Source: Bilabrum cf. latius (Eukaryota). From it: 64,000 nt of DNA. Positions within the stretch are counted from its first letter, which is position 1; each line of letters starts with the position of its first letter. The position numbers and the translations under genes are program-made. This document shows positions 15,001 to 30,000 of the stretch, in pieces. The stretch spans positions 372,001 to 436,000 of the forward strand of contig OZ237776.1 in the NCBI GenBank assembly GCA_965178125.1, in the 5' to 3' direction. The notes beneath the pieces are model-generated. The model was not told where the DNA came from. It searched no databases and worked only from the letters and a program-made list of their open reading frames with translations.

Positions 15001-18000
15001 CGCAGTCTGCAGTGATAACGAACCAGGGCTAGATCGATAGTTCAGCATTGCAAGAGGCGGAGTGGCGGGGCTGCTGGCAGGGCGGCAGATTCGATATTAG
15101 GTGCTCATAGTTTGCGCGCGATCCAGTGTTTGCAGTCGGTGGAACTGGAGTACAGCTTGTCTTTCCGAACGAGCCGTCCGGCCTACTATCCGAAATGGGG
15201 GTCACCGATGCGTTCGGACAGCCCATCATCGCTGGGGTGTAGCCGTACAGTCAACCGGCCACTTTGGTCCCTAGGATTGACGAAATTGAAACCACCAATG
15301 TAACAGGAAACGGATCATCTACATCCAGGCTGCCGGTGAACGGGTTTATTGAATTCAAGTACGACGAGACGCAGCCCCTGGCATCGTCTCAGCCTGCCAA
15401 CCTCGTGCAGTTCCTCGCAGCAGGCCAGCAGACGTCCAGTGGCAGTCGGATTTATGGTGCTGGCGCGCTCCACCCTCCAAGTTCTCTCGTTAGGCTTGTG
15501 GTAGAGTTCTAGTCGAACTACGTCAGCTCGAGCAGCAACGCTGCAATGCTAGCTCTAAGTTCGGTGCGGCTCGCGTGGGTGCTGCCGGGGACGATGCTTT
15601 CGCCGGATGACGCAAGCAGCACTAGCCCCCTCAATCTAAATACTGGCACGGATGCAGCCGATGCAATTGCCAAAGCAGGAATAATGCCTGATCCTCATCG
15701 CAGTCGCGGACTGACTCAAGTCAGAGCCTTGCTGAGCCCCACCTGGTATCGAGCCCCCGGCCAGGGCACAGACCAAGGCGAGATGGCCTACCTGCGCCCC
15801 GCTCCAGAGGCATTCTTAATCGCAAGGCGCCCTGCATGGGCCGCTGATGAGCTGCGGAACCGGTATGGATTGGGCTCCGAGAGCGCGCTGCAGCGGCGCA
15901 AGCTGAACCTGTGGACTGCGCTGCCGAGACAGGGCACAATGTGCACCATGCATGGCAAGTACAACGGAGATGCGCTTGCATTGAACTCGCTTGGCAGGCT
16001 GGAAGCCAAGCTGCAAGACGCGTGGGATGTCAATCTGCTTGGACCCAAGCCCAGCCAGGAAGCCGCACTCAGTGGGCAGCCCGGTACGGGCCTGTCGCCT
16101 GACATGGGCGCGTGGCAGGAGGACCGGGATCCTGCTTCAGGCGGTCCCCTCTCTCTGCCGGTGTTGGTTAGTCTTGGCTTGCAGCGCTAGGACATTTCCA
16201 TGCTCGGCTAGTCCATCAATGAAGACTGGCAAGCCCGAATGCCGCTCTCCGTCGCTGGGGTTCTCAGCAATTCGAGTGACGCGAGTGGAAGAGTTCGATT
16301 CGATCAAGTCTCCGTTCAGGCAGCTCAAGGAAGCATCGTGTCCCTTAGAATCGAGTGCAACTTCCAGGGACACCCTGTGGCAACGATGACTGCTGGCACG
16401 GTGGTCGTGGGTGCAATATCACAACGATGGCTCAGGCCTGAAGCAAAGCTAGGCGCCCAAGCTGGCCTAGACCTCGATGAAACAACGCCTGGCATAGTTT
16501 CAGCCGGCCAGCGTTAGCGCTTTGCCGATATCATTGGAGTGCTTCTGGCCGAGAATGATACCTAGCACGGATTGCTAGCAGCACAATAGCTCCAAAACGG
16601 AATCCAATCTGGAGCCATGCAGCTTGCTGGAGATGACTTCGGCCGTGCTCGCGCTTTGGAATGCCTGCAGAACATCACTGGTGCAGCGAAGGGTCACGGA
16701 AACCACGAAATCAAGTTAGCCGTGACTGCTGGCACGATGATCGCGGATCAGTCTCCGAGCGCAAGCGGCAGAGTCAGGCTGAGCCCGCAAGACGTCACTT
16801 TATACTGCGGCAACTTGGACCCAGTGATGGTACGCGTGTCAGATCCGAGCGTCAGAGGAATCCTGCAACCACCAACGTATGCAGGAACATGCGCGTGCAG
16901 AGACCGTGCACATCAGCCGTCGGTGAATGGCCTTCAAGGGCAGCTACAGCACATATCGAGCCCGAGACAGACCCGTGTATGGGAGCCTCCCGGGGGCTGG
17001 ACCATTCCCTTAGGGACTTCTTCATCTATGACAGAATGGATGAGCGACGAGCATCTGATCCAGCACGACTGCGTACTCTGTGGCGAGCTGCCTAACTCTG
17101 TCTTGCGAGCAATGCGGAAACACGTAGTCAGCCGCAGTAGCAGTGGTGGCGTGCTGGATGCAGCTGCAGTTAGGACAGTCAAGCACTTCATTGGTGTGAA
17201 CTCAGTGTGCGTCTCATCTCGGGAATCAGTGGAAGCTTCTCTGCACAGCAGCCCAAACGCAATGTCAGGATGCGCGACAAAGCCTGTTAACCAACTAAAT
17301 ATGACTGCGGATGGTCAGTCAGTGCTTATCACGACGCTTGAACACCTTCGCAATGCGAGACTGACCCGCCTTCAAGGCCGTGCCGCCCCATCAGCACTGG
17401 AGGGCATTTCCACGGCAATAACGGGAGTCCCATCGGGGGATCCACATGTCCTCCTCCCAGCAGCACCGGCGGCCCCTTCGCTGGTTGCACGAGCTCCACC
17501 CAGCCTGTCTACTCCGGTTCCCCTTCAGCCCGCGCCTCGTATTGGCGTTGAGCTGTCGTGGCAGTTTTGGGACATTCCAGCATCTTCGCGGGAACAGGCA
17601 TCGATCGCGCGCGCGTTCGGACTGGTTGACGCTGCTAAGATCGGTGACCAGTCCGGCGAGGAGTACGGCGTCCCTTCGCTTGAGTAGATCGAAGGTGTGA
17701 TTGCATTGATGCAAGTGCAGCAATGGCGGGCTGCAGTGGAGCGGGTACGCAACTCCTAGGAACGGGTGGCTTGCGCTTTGCGTGTAGCGGCCTATGCTGA
17801 CCTAGTGGCCACCGATGGGCAAGACACAGCTCGTGCCCCGCAGTTGTCGGGCAACTTCGAGCAATCCGCCAGAATGAGTAGTGTTGCGACAGATGCACCC
17901 ATGGCGATCGTCAATCACGACCAGCAGACTCTTCTTTTTGCAGGGTCTGCTACTTCATTGACCGCCCATAGATCTGCAAGTGCCTTTATCAATGAGCACA

Positions 18001-21000
18001 TTGGGTCTGCCAGCACAGTTGTGATGGACAACGGCACAATATTAGCTGCACACGGTATCACCTCACTTGTTGCCGAAGCTCGCAAAAGGCTGTTTGACCG
18101 AGCAGAGGGGATGGTGTTTTCCTTTGATTCCGTGGGCGTGTCCAGCAGGACCTCCTCAAACACGACCATGGCTCTTCACGGCTCGTGTCTGTTGCCAACA
18201 GGAGAGTCCGTCACGATGGACTATCCCATCCTAGCAGAGACGCTGTCATTGTAGACAGACTGGGATGTTGGAAGCCTTATCGAAGCTGATTCAGGTGGAT
18301 TGGATTCCATGCCAGGGGTAGGAGGCGATGTTGGCAGGAAGCCGAAAATGCTCCAGCAGGTGGTCGTACGAACGCAAACACTCGACAGCGAGGGCGCAAG
18401 CTAGCAGCTTCTTGCTGAGAATGCGCTTCATTGCGCACAGCAGGCCGTGTGTGATATCAACGGAACGCTAGTGTCTAACTCCTCACGCACATGCGATGAC
18501 GGACGACATGCTGTTGCAGGGTGTCTATCTGGGCTGCCCGAGCCGTCCATTTTGAACGCATCTCTTCCACTATCAATCGAAGAACGTTGGATCCCAGCTG
18601 CTGCCTGGGCAGGACACAGCAATCGATTTGTCGCAACTGCTCCGAGCCTGGAGCGGCTTCTTCCACAGGCTAAGGCAGGGACAGTGGTTGGATTCTAGGC
18701 GGAACGATCGCAGGGTCCGCTTGTACCTGCAGACTTGGCGGGTCCCTTGAGTGTTTCCGGGGCGTCTACTCGCGTCTTTATCACGCTTGTAGACCCGCTT
18801 GCGACAATCAGTTGCCCGGGTGTACCTGCCTATGCATGTGGGCACCAGCGGCTTGTCACTGCAATGCATGCCAAAACACTCCGTCCAGATACGCAGTGCA
18901 GCCAAGAGGTGAAACGGCTACCTGCGCAGCTTGTCGCAGATGACACAGACCTGATGTCTGTCTATCCGCAGACGGACGAATTTGGCACAATCGCACTAGA
19001 AAGTGTCTTGGAGTGCGACCAGACAGGCTTGCCAAAGGGAATACCTGAATCGAGACGACTGCTTGAGTTGCAGACAGCAGCGCTCGTCCGTATTGGTAGT
19101 GCCGGTGCAACTAGAGGCGACAGCAATGATGCTCCGTCCATACCGGACTCGATCCAACGCGATGACGCGTTGGCCATCAACGGATTCTTGACTATTCGGC
19201 CACCAGAGACCGAGCATAACTAGCATGCCATGGTTCTGTCGAGAGAGGGTAGCAATGATACCCTGATGCGCGCTGCTCTGGATGCCATGCGATCCTCGTT
19301 TAGAAATGAAGTAGACATTCTCTTTGATTCAAACGGCACTACACTGTCACAAGCTTAGTGTTCTAGCCGTGTGCAGGACGCAGATACACTAGGAGTTGCA
19401 GACAGACGGGGGTTAGGTCTCTTCTCGCTCGGTGCGGGCAATGCCCATGCCAGTGGCCTGAGACTCGCAGGGCTACAGGCCTCTTTGCAAGCTCCATCGC
19501 TACGATACAGAGGCGATTCTATTGTATCTGCAGGGCAGCTGGCATCAGGGCTCGACGAGCAAAGTACACCAGTTGGGGCGATGTCAGCAACCTGTTCCTT
19601 CTTGTCGGTATCACGGTCCACCACAGGGACCTCGCTGTCTCTGCAAGCTGGTACGGGGCCTTTGCTGTCATTGGCTAATGCAGACTTGGCGAATGCATCT
19701 GTTTCGGGCCTTTTGGCGGTATCTGCTCCCACGTAGCAAGACAAATATACCCTGCAGCATTCCACCAGTGACGTGTGGCCTGCGCCGGGTGTGATCGGAA
19801 TTGAAGCAGGGAATCCGGCCTGCGAACTCTCTCGTCATTGCTAGAGCAAGGCGTTTGGCACATCCAGATGTGAATGGCACACCGTCCTATAGGCACTACA
19901 AGACACGGCTGAGGGCTTGGCTAGCTTCAATAGTTCAATGGAGGCCGATTCTTCCAATGGCACTCGGAATGGCACCAGCGGCAGAGCGTGGACCGCTCCA
20001 GAATGGTTGCGCGGCTGCGACGGGAACTCAAGCTAGCACATCCTGGCAATAACGGGAGCATCTCTCTACAACGAAACATTCTTGAAATGCCAGCAGATGG
20101 AGATGCAATATCTTGAGACGGCAGCAGTGCCAGCGTCCGAGGCACAGCTCCTACCCTCGCCCGAGTCAAGGCACCAGCTGCAGCTGCATACAACCAGCGG
20201 TGATCTGGAGGTGTATTCGCTGCCATACACAGTTGCAATCGATACAAATAGCGTTGAAGTAGGCATGGAATCGGCCGGCCTATCCCCTGCCCTGGTTGCA
20301 GGCCAAGGGGTGTCAGTGCGCTAGCCATGGCCGGAGTGTTTCCGCCGCCCCGCATGGTTTCCGCCTCGATCGGCCGATATATCGGTTGCTCATGGCGGGG
20401 TGCAAGAGGCGTGCACTCAAGCAGATGCGGGCAGCTGCTACAACCTAGTCAGCTATACTGGCTATGACCCGGAATCGTTTTGCGGCTAGAGCATCAACGG
20501 ATCGCAACAATCCGGCCAAGACTTCGATTCCGTGTCCCTCTCGGAATGCGGGCTGGATGCTGTGCCGCTCGTCTATGCCGCCCCTCCATCCTACAGCGAC
20601 AACCTCGTGCTTCCCCTGTTCCCGCGGCTTTGCGCCAGGATCGCCGCGGTGGCGCCACCCAGCACAAGCTCGTATCCGATGGAGCTCGCGCGCCTTCTGG
20701 CGGGCCAGCAAGGTGAGGGCCCGATCTCCGACCGAGAGACAGGGACAGGGACAGGGCATAGCGCCATCACAAGGGAGATGATATCCAGCGCGGCCTCAAT
20801 TGCCAGGCTTGCGCCACCTGTGCGGTGCAGAGTTGAAATCCTCGATGTGCCAAATGCAGGCATGAGCCTGGTCGGGCAGCTCGAGAACTCGACGCGGCCG
20901 GGGACCGGTCAAGTCTGCTTCGACCGGATTGGGCTGTTTGCTGACGCGATGGTTCCTAGCTCCGTCCATGCCGTCGTGCAGTGCGACTGGATCTCAGGTA

Positions 21001-24000
21001 GGCGGCTGCAGTCTAGGCCAGTCGTGCTTGCGAGCATCGGGGCCAGCGCCCGGTGGTCTACCGGTGAGACACCCAGTCCGGACGAGCATTCAGGCGACGT
21101 CGGTCAACACGTGCCTTCTATCTTCCCACACCCAGCGTGGACATCGTCGAATACATCTACAAATCTGACGAGCTAGTCAGGGTCGACAATGCCAGCTGCA
21201 ACGACAATCGCGTTGCCCACCCCAGCGCTTTCCGTCCACGACCAGGCCGCCATGGTGGGTCATCTCACGAGTGGCCTCATCCGATCGATGGCTTCGAATG
21301 CGGAGATTAAGTCGAACGTGTCTCAAAGAGCCGCCGCAGAGTCTTTCACCAGGGCTTGGCAGGCTTTGGTGGCCCGGTATACCGCTAGCCAGCAGAACGC
21401 TCAGAATGGCACTGGCGAGTCCTCTGGCAACTCTGCAGAGGGTCCTGACGGCTTTTCACTCGTTGACATGCTGCCTGCAATGCTCGAAATAGATTCGTTG
21501 GAGCGGGAGTCAATCATTGCAAGAGAGCTAAAGTTGGTATCAAAGCTATTCGAAAACTCGAGCTTTGTAGAAGGCGGAGGGGCCACTGGCACTGACACAG
21601 GGAGGGACACGCCGTGGGCGCCCATGCGGCCCCTGCCATTTCTTGAGTTTCGTATGATCATGCCCAAGGTGTTTGAACGCGCATTTCAGCCGCTCCATCA
21701 AGCAGATGCGACGATATCGGACGTACGATGGCCTTGGACGCGTATCTCTGACCTGGCAGGCTGGGACGAGGTTCGACCCAACTAGGGAAACGTGCAAAGC
21801 CTGGACATGCAGTCGGTTGCAAATCAGATGATCAAATCGCCGTCACTCATTCAAAATACGCTTCACCACAGTGCGCAAGCAGAGCTGCCTGGAGTGCGCT
21901 GCCGAGTGTTCAGCTCTGGAGGCGCGGCACCAGCAGACGCCACAAGTGTTCACTCGGAGCGACGGGCAACGGGATTCACAGTGAGCCCTGCTCAGGTGCT
22001 GGGACAGACGACGGCCATCGCATCTTACCGGGATCTGCTATCAAGGCGCGATATGAATGACACGCCTGTCGTTGCCCGTGTGCACGCAGCCGTGGCACTG
22101 CCGGCCACTACCGTCGAACTGGACCCTGGGTCCGCTGCATTCCTGGTGGCCACCTGCCAGTGGGGCGGCTCTACGCTGCCCAATGCGCTCATAACAACGC
22201 TACAACCGCTGCTTGTGATCACGCCTAGGTTATCACCCGTGTGGACTGGGGCGGCAGCCGTGGGTGCTTCTGCTGCTGCAGTTGCGCAGTCGGCATCTGC
22301 GTCGGCAGGTGACCCCGGGTCTCTGTCTAGATTCTTGTTGCAGCCTCCACACCCTGTTGGCCTGTCAGTCCAAGCAATATCTGCACCAGCCCTGTCAGGC
22401 AGATCCGATTCATTGGGTGTTACGGCGATGGCGCTGGAAAGCATGCCTTGGAGTGCGGAGGCGCAGCTTCAGGTAGCAGGTGCTGCTGTCACCCACGGGG
22501 CTTCTTCAAACCAATCCAAGCGTATCGGCAGTCTTCTGGACTCGACTATACCAGATGTACCTGGCGATGCATCGGCGTTGCGCAGCCCCTTGCAGGGATC
22601 TGTCGCGAATCGTACTCTAATTGATCTGCCGGCGGCTGCAGCGGTCTCAGCTCGAGAGTCGAGCAGCGATGCTGGTGCTGTGCAGCCATTTCCAACAACG
22701 GCCGTAGCTGTCTCTATTCCCGAGCTGTAGTGGGAGGCGTTCTTACGAATCTTGGAACTGACCGCTGGTGCGAGTCCCCCGCTACAGTCGGATATGGAGT
22801 CTGTCGTGCAATCGGCATGGGACTCCAACGGCCGACCGTCCATGCGGCAGCTTTGGGACTTCTACCAGACACAAACTAGCGGTAGTATGATGCCCTCCGA
22901 GCCTTGTGCGGTGCATGCAGCAATGTTGAGCATTGACCGCGGAATAACAGAGGCAGTGAAAAAAGTTGCGGTGCTGCTGGAGACACAGCTGGAATACCTG
23001 CCGTGGGGCCCACTTACAATCCAATTGAGCCGTATGCTTCTGAATCTGGGGCCACGTGATGCTGCAGTACAAGCTGTCATAGACCCAATTCAGTCAGACC
23101 CGCGAGCTTCCATGCGCATTCTCGTGGATGCTGCGTACTCGCAGCGGTAGGATCATCAGGGCTGGCCTCACAGTTCATCCAATTGTGCTGTAGAGGTCTT
23201 GCATGCGTGGCCCAGCGTGCTTGGTGTGCTTGCAGGAGTCCCCAGCTAGCTTCAGACTGCGTTTCGATCAGGTACACAAGCTGCTCTGGATGCGAATCCA
23301 TGGATTGCACGGACCGTGATTGAATCGATGGCAACTGTAGGCATGGACACTGGAATTGGTTCAGGGACTGCAATACAGCTGCTGACAGGGGTGCCAACCA
23401 GGCTTCGTGCTTCTCTCAGCTCACGAATCCAGCCATCCGAGCTCTCGTTTGGACTTGGCAGCCTGCTTCATGTGAATGCTGGACAAGATGCAGGCGTGGC
23501 GGCACGGTCAGTGCAAGCTGTTGTCGCTTTAGAATCGGCCAGCAGGCAAGCCAGGTACACGTGTGGGCTCGCCGGCGGATCATTGCACGCTGACCCAGAA
23601 GACGGTACAAGCCGCCTAAATGGTACGGGTGTCTTCGTGCAGCAGCTTGGTGCCTCCGGTTCTGAAATGTTGCTTAGTACTGAGCAGACGGTGGCATTGG
23701 CCACCCTGTCCCTGCTAGGCAACACGCTGGAGCCGCACGAAGACGTTGTGGATACATCGGTTACTGTTTCTCGGACTCGATGGGCCTCTGACCACCCCAC
23801 GATCAAGGCATTTGGAATCCGAGGGGTCCCGACTGCTGCCTCCGCAGGGTCTCAGGGAAATGTTGGCATTCACGAGTCACATAGAAGGTGGCTCGAGAGC
23901 GGCACCAGAGCCCTTGCCTACGCCAAGGATGGTCTCATTTCAAGCCAGAACAGCAGCTTGCAGAAAGCCCTTTCGCACATTGACGCGGCATTCTATGCGT

Positions 24001-27000
24001 CGCTTGTGGGCCGCGGAGTAGTGGTGCAGCAGCTGCATGGAACCTTGCAGGCGGCCCCCCTGGATGGCACGAGCCGAGACTTGGCCGGGCACTACGTCTT
24101 CGACGATCTGCGGATCCAGGCTGTCGCCGGTGAGGTTACTATGGTTGACGCCACCGTGCAGGTGCTGGGCGATTCCACCCTGCCGCAAACCGGAAGCGTG
24201 CCAGTCCCGGTTACAGCCTACGCGGCGCAGATCGTACCACACACGGCAGACACCTCTCCCTCGGGCACAGTATTTGGTGCCCAGGAAGGCTTGCCGGTGC
24301 TTGCGGGTGTGTCGCAAGCGGAACAGAGTTGCTTGCAAATCCCGGATATCGCTGTTTTAGCAAATCCTGAATATGCAGATGGGAGTAACAGGTCACACAG
24401 CGAAACACCACTGTTCGTTGACGCCCTGCATGAAGTCTACGGTGGCCTAGAGGATGCCAAGCAGACTTGCTTGGTTCCAAACTTAGGCAATTTCATTCAG
24501 AACTAGAGCGACTTTTTCAGCTCTTTTGCGGTGTATCCTATCCCTCTGCTTGGCCAAGCTGCTTGGTGCCCACGACCGGGCATTCCCACTACAGCCACAA
24601 TGGCATTCATTGCAGAGGAAGCCATCATATCACCGGCCAACGACGTGGTAGTGTCCTCCGTTTTTTCGAGACCTCGGATTGAAATCTCTGAAGCGAGCAA
24701 CGGGACCTGGTTCCGAACATTCGGAGTGCAATACAGGCTGGCACAGCTCCTAGAGAAGTCCAATCACCACCCGATGCAATGCGAGATTGAGTGCCGGGCG
24801 TTTACAGGTGGGGCTACCGAGGCCAGCATGAAGACTCAAATGGAGCTCCGAGGACTTGTGGAGGATGACCTTGACGGTGGCCCGCAGGACCAGCAGGCAG
24901 ACTGTGTGGTGGTGACTGCGCCGGCCCTAGACCCCATCGTGTCGTCCACCCAATCGCTCTCCCTCGCGCATGTTGGGTACAGTGCTCCCGGAAATTCGGT
25001 GGTTCTGCCACACATGCGATGCACTGACGATCTAGGGGTCGAATTTGCCACGCCGCTGCCGCCAGTGGACATCATCGGGGCCACGCCCGTGCTGCTGGTC
25101 GAGTCAACCAGCATTGTTGAGGGCTACGGTCACATCCCAGGCCTGCAGAGCAACGGAGCACTCTATCGGCAGCAGGATCAATACAAACTAATCTTGCCTC
25201 AACTGCAAAGGGCGCCGAAATCCACCGTCTTCTCTGCCAGCCCGAGGGCGAGCGGCTTCCCAATCGAAGTGGTCGGGGGTAACATTCCAGGCGTGCGGAC
25301 GGCCATTGCGACAGATTCGCTACAGGACGCCTCAAACAAGCGCTTGCCGCTCATTCGCATGGTCCGGAACGAGCGACTCCCGACCTTTAGACTAGCCATG
25401 CGGCGGTCTGATGCCAGGTCCATGGCGAGAGCCAACATGGTGCCGGCTGGCGAGGGCATGGCTGCAGAAGAGTTGCCGTATCCTCTGCTGACCCTGTGGA
25501 AGGCAGACTCATCTGGAAACAGTGACAACACGACGCACGCGTCTTCCCATGAACTCACGCAGCAAGTCCTGCGGGGACTTGGCGACGCATTGCCGGAACC
25601 GGTTTCAGTGTACGGCGGCTTGAATGACGGCACGTGCTCCGTGGCTGCATACAGTGCAGTCGAGGTGGACTTCGGGCCGTGCCCCGTGACAATCAACAGC
25701 TCGTCTGCACCATGCGGAAACGGGGTGCGGGCGGACTTGTAGGACCAGATTCGGCTGGCGGGATCAACTACAGTGGTCGCCGACACTGACGGCATTTGCA
25801 CCTTTCAGCGACTGCAGATCGAACCGTCTAACGCGCAGCTCCTCCGTCCCATGGTTTGGGTGATGCGCGGGTTCCTGCGTGGCTCTGCACTGGAACCGCT
25901 GGTATTCGTGGGTAGGTTCCGCTCCCTCCGACTTCTATTCGCGGCGCCGCCGCCAATGGAGCTGCTGCCGTCTTCAATCCGCAAACCGCGTCCCATCGCC
26001 CCGGCCCCCATCGTCAAGCTTATCACAGTACCATACGACGGCGGCACGTCAAGCAGCGAATCGCCCCTACTAGCAACCGGTGCGCCAGCCAGCTGCGAGG
26101 CGAGTGTCGCTGCGATCCGATTCCCGGATAGAATGGATGAGTTTGACACGGACGCGAACAACGGGGATCAAGGCGCTGCAGGGGCCGAGCTACGGCTCGC
26201 TGGGAGTACCATCGTGGACGTGGACCTGTCGACGGGAGCTGCGATCTTTGACAATCTGCAGGTGCGAGCACCATTCGGGGCTACAGTGGAGCTGCGGTTC
26301 CGCTGCATCATCGCTGACTCGGGCGACAGTGTGCCACCCCTTGGCTAGGATGCGCTGCTGGCTGAACGCCCCGTGGTGTCCTTGAGCCTGGACTGGAAGG
26401 CAGACATGCTGCCACCCGATCGGATGTTATACTCTACGCTTGTCTCCACGCAGCTCATGCTGGCCCGAACAATGCGACTCGAGGCAGCTCGAGCGATGAT
26501 GCAGTCCACATCGACTGACACACAGCTGGATAGCGCTGGGAGCGAACCTTCCCTGGAATACATGCAGCTGTGGCAGGTGCCCCTGAGGATTCCTGGTTCA
26601 CCCCATGCCGCTGGTGTCCCTGAGCACTACCTTCAGACCTAGCTCGACTACCTGAACGTGACTGCGTCGCTTGACGCGAGCCAATACGCGTATGTGACAG
26701 GCGATGTGCATTGGACGGAAGTCCTTGACTACGCGCAGTGCACGATGCTACCTGAGTACCACGCGCCACCGACGGAGCCAGCTCTCCTGGTCCTGTCATC
26801 CACGCAAGGGGCCCAGCTAGCAGGAGGTGACACTGAGACTAGGTCCGGCGCTGCGCCTGTCAATATCCCTGCCCAGTCAGAATACACTGCAGACGAACTC
26901 GCGCTATCCACAGTGCTGAACACCATCAATCCCGCCACATCGCGACCTTGGCAGCCTCGCGGCTTCAGGTATGGAGGAGTAGCATCGTTTGGTCTGTACC

Positions 27001-30000
27001 TAAGGGCTGACCCGGGGGCACAGGTCCGGCTGCACTGCGCCTGCAGCATAGGGTCAAACACGGTGCGGTCCACCCGACGAATCGTCACGCAGCGACACTC
27101 CTTCCTCCAGTTCCTTCGCCCGCCCCCGGCGACCTTCATACCCTCGACTGAGTTCAACTTGCAACGGCTGGAGCCTGCCCCTGTGGCGCTCCTGGTTGAT
27201 CAGTTCGGGGACTTGATGCCGACTGACGGGGTGCTGTGTCGGGCCAGTGTGTCTCCGTCTCCTGCGCAGACGTGGTGGGAGCCCACTGCGGAGGCGCTAC
27301 AACGAGGCGCCGTGCAGCACACTCAGCTTCAGCTAGACGTCATTAATCAGCCCCAGGCAGGTATCCAGTCGGGGCTCAAGGCAGCGATGGTGGCTCCTCG
27401 CAGCACGCTATCGTCGGCGACGTCTGAGCCGAACGGACATATATTGCTACCAAATGGGACTTGGATCCCCTCTGAATGCCCGGAACGCGAGCTATCAGCA
27501 GCACCAGGTAATTCGTCCAGGGCGGTAGACTGCCTGAGCGCATGGGACGACTAGCACCAGTCGGTTGCAGGCGTGTCGCCACGGCCCGAGTCGCCCGCCG
27601 TCGTGGCAGCACCTGCATTCGCATTCGACGCGCTCTATGTGCGGGCGGCATTCGGACAGCTCGTGTCTCTGTCGTTCTCCTGCGCGCGCCTGGAGGGCGA
27701 TATGTCCGTTGAGTCTTCCTTCGACATCTCCTCGCGCGTGACGGCCGCTTTCTGGAGAGAGGCACCGCCGGAGCAACTCCGTCCTAGGGCGCCCTTCAGT
27801 GCGGCGATCGACCTCGCGTCTGTGGCCCGGGCGCCTACGTGGTGGTCAAACTCGGCTGTCGTGTCGCAGGCCATCGCGGCGGGGATCGATTGGCCAGCTG
27901 GCAGCGAGACACCAGGGGCTCCGCCGACGTAGGCGTGGGGCAGTGCCCTAAATGCATCGGCCGAGCCTGGGCTCCTGGCACTCCAAGAAAACCCGTCCTC
28001 GATCATGGCCCAGCCGCAGCCATGGATAGACGGGCATCCACTCTTCGATCCCATCCCGGCGCAGACTGCCTATGGGTCTATCCAGCTGCCCAATGGCAGT
28101 ACTCCTTGGTTCGCCGAAATGACGTCCATTCCATTGCAGCACGACCCCGCCCCTGCATCTTGGCAGCTGCTTGGCTAGCTGGACGAGGATCGCATGACAG
28201 CAGCAGGGCAGCCGAGCGCAGTTGGTGCCAATCGCGATAGATTGATGCCTCCCAAACAGACTCTGCTTCGCACTGTGGGGGCGTTCGAGCCGCGAAGCAT
28301 CGTTAACGGGCTTGCACAGACCAGTGATGGCGCACGAGTACGCGACGCAGGGCCTTGGTAGATTCTACTAGGGAATCCACCGATGGACTGCGAGCAAGCC
28401 GGCGGTATGGCATTCCTGGATGACACCGCCTCCGATTTAGAGATGGCCGCGAGATCTCTGCTGGGTCCCTCACTGCGTGGCGGTGTGTTCCTCGGACTGG
28501 AGGCCCAGGACGAGGGCTCGCAGTGCACGCTCTCTGCCTGGGATGCCGATCCGATCGTGGACGAGCAGACGGGTGACGACGACTTCGAGACTCCGTGGCT
28601 CCCCGATGCTCTGCAAGAAGCACTATCTGATGCAAGGCGCGGCAACTGGACACAGGCCAGGCAGGTTCCAATGGGAGACGGCACCACGTTGTAGATCACA
28701 CCCTCAGCCAGCAGCCAGCCGTTCTAGTCTCTCGTTGTGGTGCAGGCGGCGCAGGACTGGGGCGAGATCCCGCCGTGCGAGGACCCCATTCAGATGCTTC
28801 CTGCCCTGCCTATGCCCGCTGAGAGGCTGGTAGGCGCGCAAGGGGTCACTCAAGGCGGCACTGTGACACTGTACCAGGTGGAAGGCAGGCTCAAGGCTGG
28901 ATTCAGACGGGTTATTACCGCCTCGTGCGATCGTCGCGGACTGCCTCTCCCCGTGCATCCCACTGCAGTGATCGTGCAGATGCAGCAGTGCCGCCCGGGG
29001 CAGTTCGCTAGCGGTTTGGACGGGTCTGTGTGCAACAGCTGCCCGCCGCTGACTTGGAGCGACAGTGGCACGGTCTGCTTCACGTGCCCCGACGAGGAGG
29101 GCGCCGCTGACTGCTCCGGCGGCATCCTGAGGCTGCGGGATGGTTTCTATCTGACCCCAGGTACCGCAGAGGTGGTTAACGAGACGACAGGGGAGGTCAG
29201 ACCCACTGCGGAATCCGAGCTCCGCATGTGTCCCAACAGGGAAGTCTGCAACGTGGACGCGGTCGCTCGTACATTCACCTGCGAGTTCGGATACACAGGG
29301 CCACTGTGCGCGCAGTGCGACCTGGAGGAAAACTACGCGCAAGAAACACTGTTTTCGTGCATTCCATGCAGGCCGGCGTGGGTCAACTGGATGCTTGTGG
29401 CCCTCGTGGCCGTGCTTGGACTTGGAGGTCTCGTGTTCGTTGCGGTGATCAGGCGACCGAATGCCAACTACGAGTTCGGGCTGGTATTCCGCATCATGCT
29501 GAACTACCTGCAGAGCCTGGCGACTCTTTCATAGTTTGCAGCCCGTGGAACAAAGCTGTTCCTCGAGATTTTCAAATTCGCCAGCATGCTCGGAGTGGGA
29601 GTGGCGGTGGCCAGCCCAACTCAGTGCATCTACCCGATGGACTTCTACGTTACCTACTATGCCATGCTGGCATCACCCGTGATCGTGGCACTGATAGCTG
29701 TGCTGTTGAACTTTATCGTGATCTTGCTGACGGAGAAGGGCAGCAAGTGCAAGGCCATGTACGACTTTGTGGCTCAGGGGCAGTACTGGCGGGCGGTCAT
29801 CATCGTCATGTTCTTCACGTACTCAAGTCTCACCTCCACCGCCTTCAGCATTTAGAACTGCTATCCGGAGTCGGTTGGAGGCAAGTACTACTTGCAGACG
29901 GACTTTTCGGTTGAGTGCTACACGCCAGAGCACAAGGTTGCGGTGCTGGTGGGCCAAATTGCGATTGGGTGCTTCACTGTGGCGGTGCCCATTTTCTTCG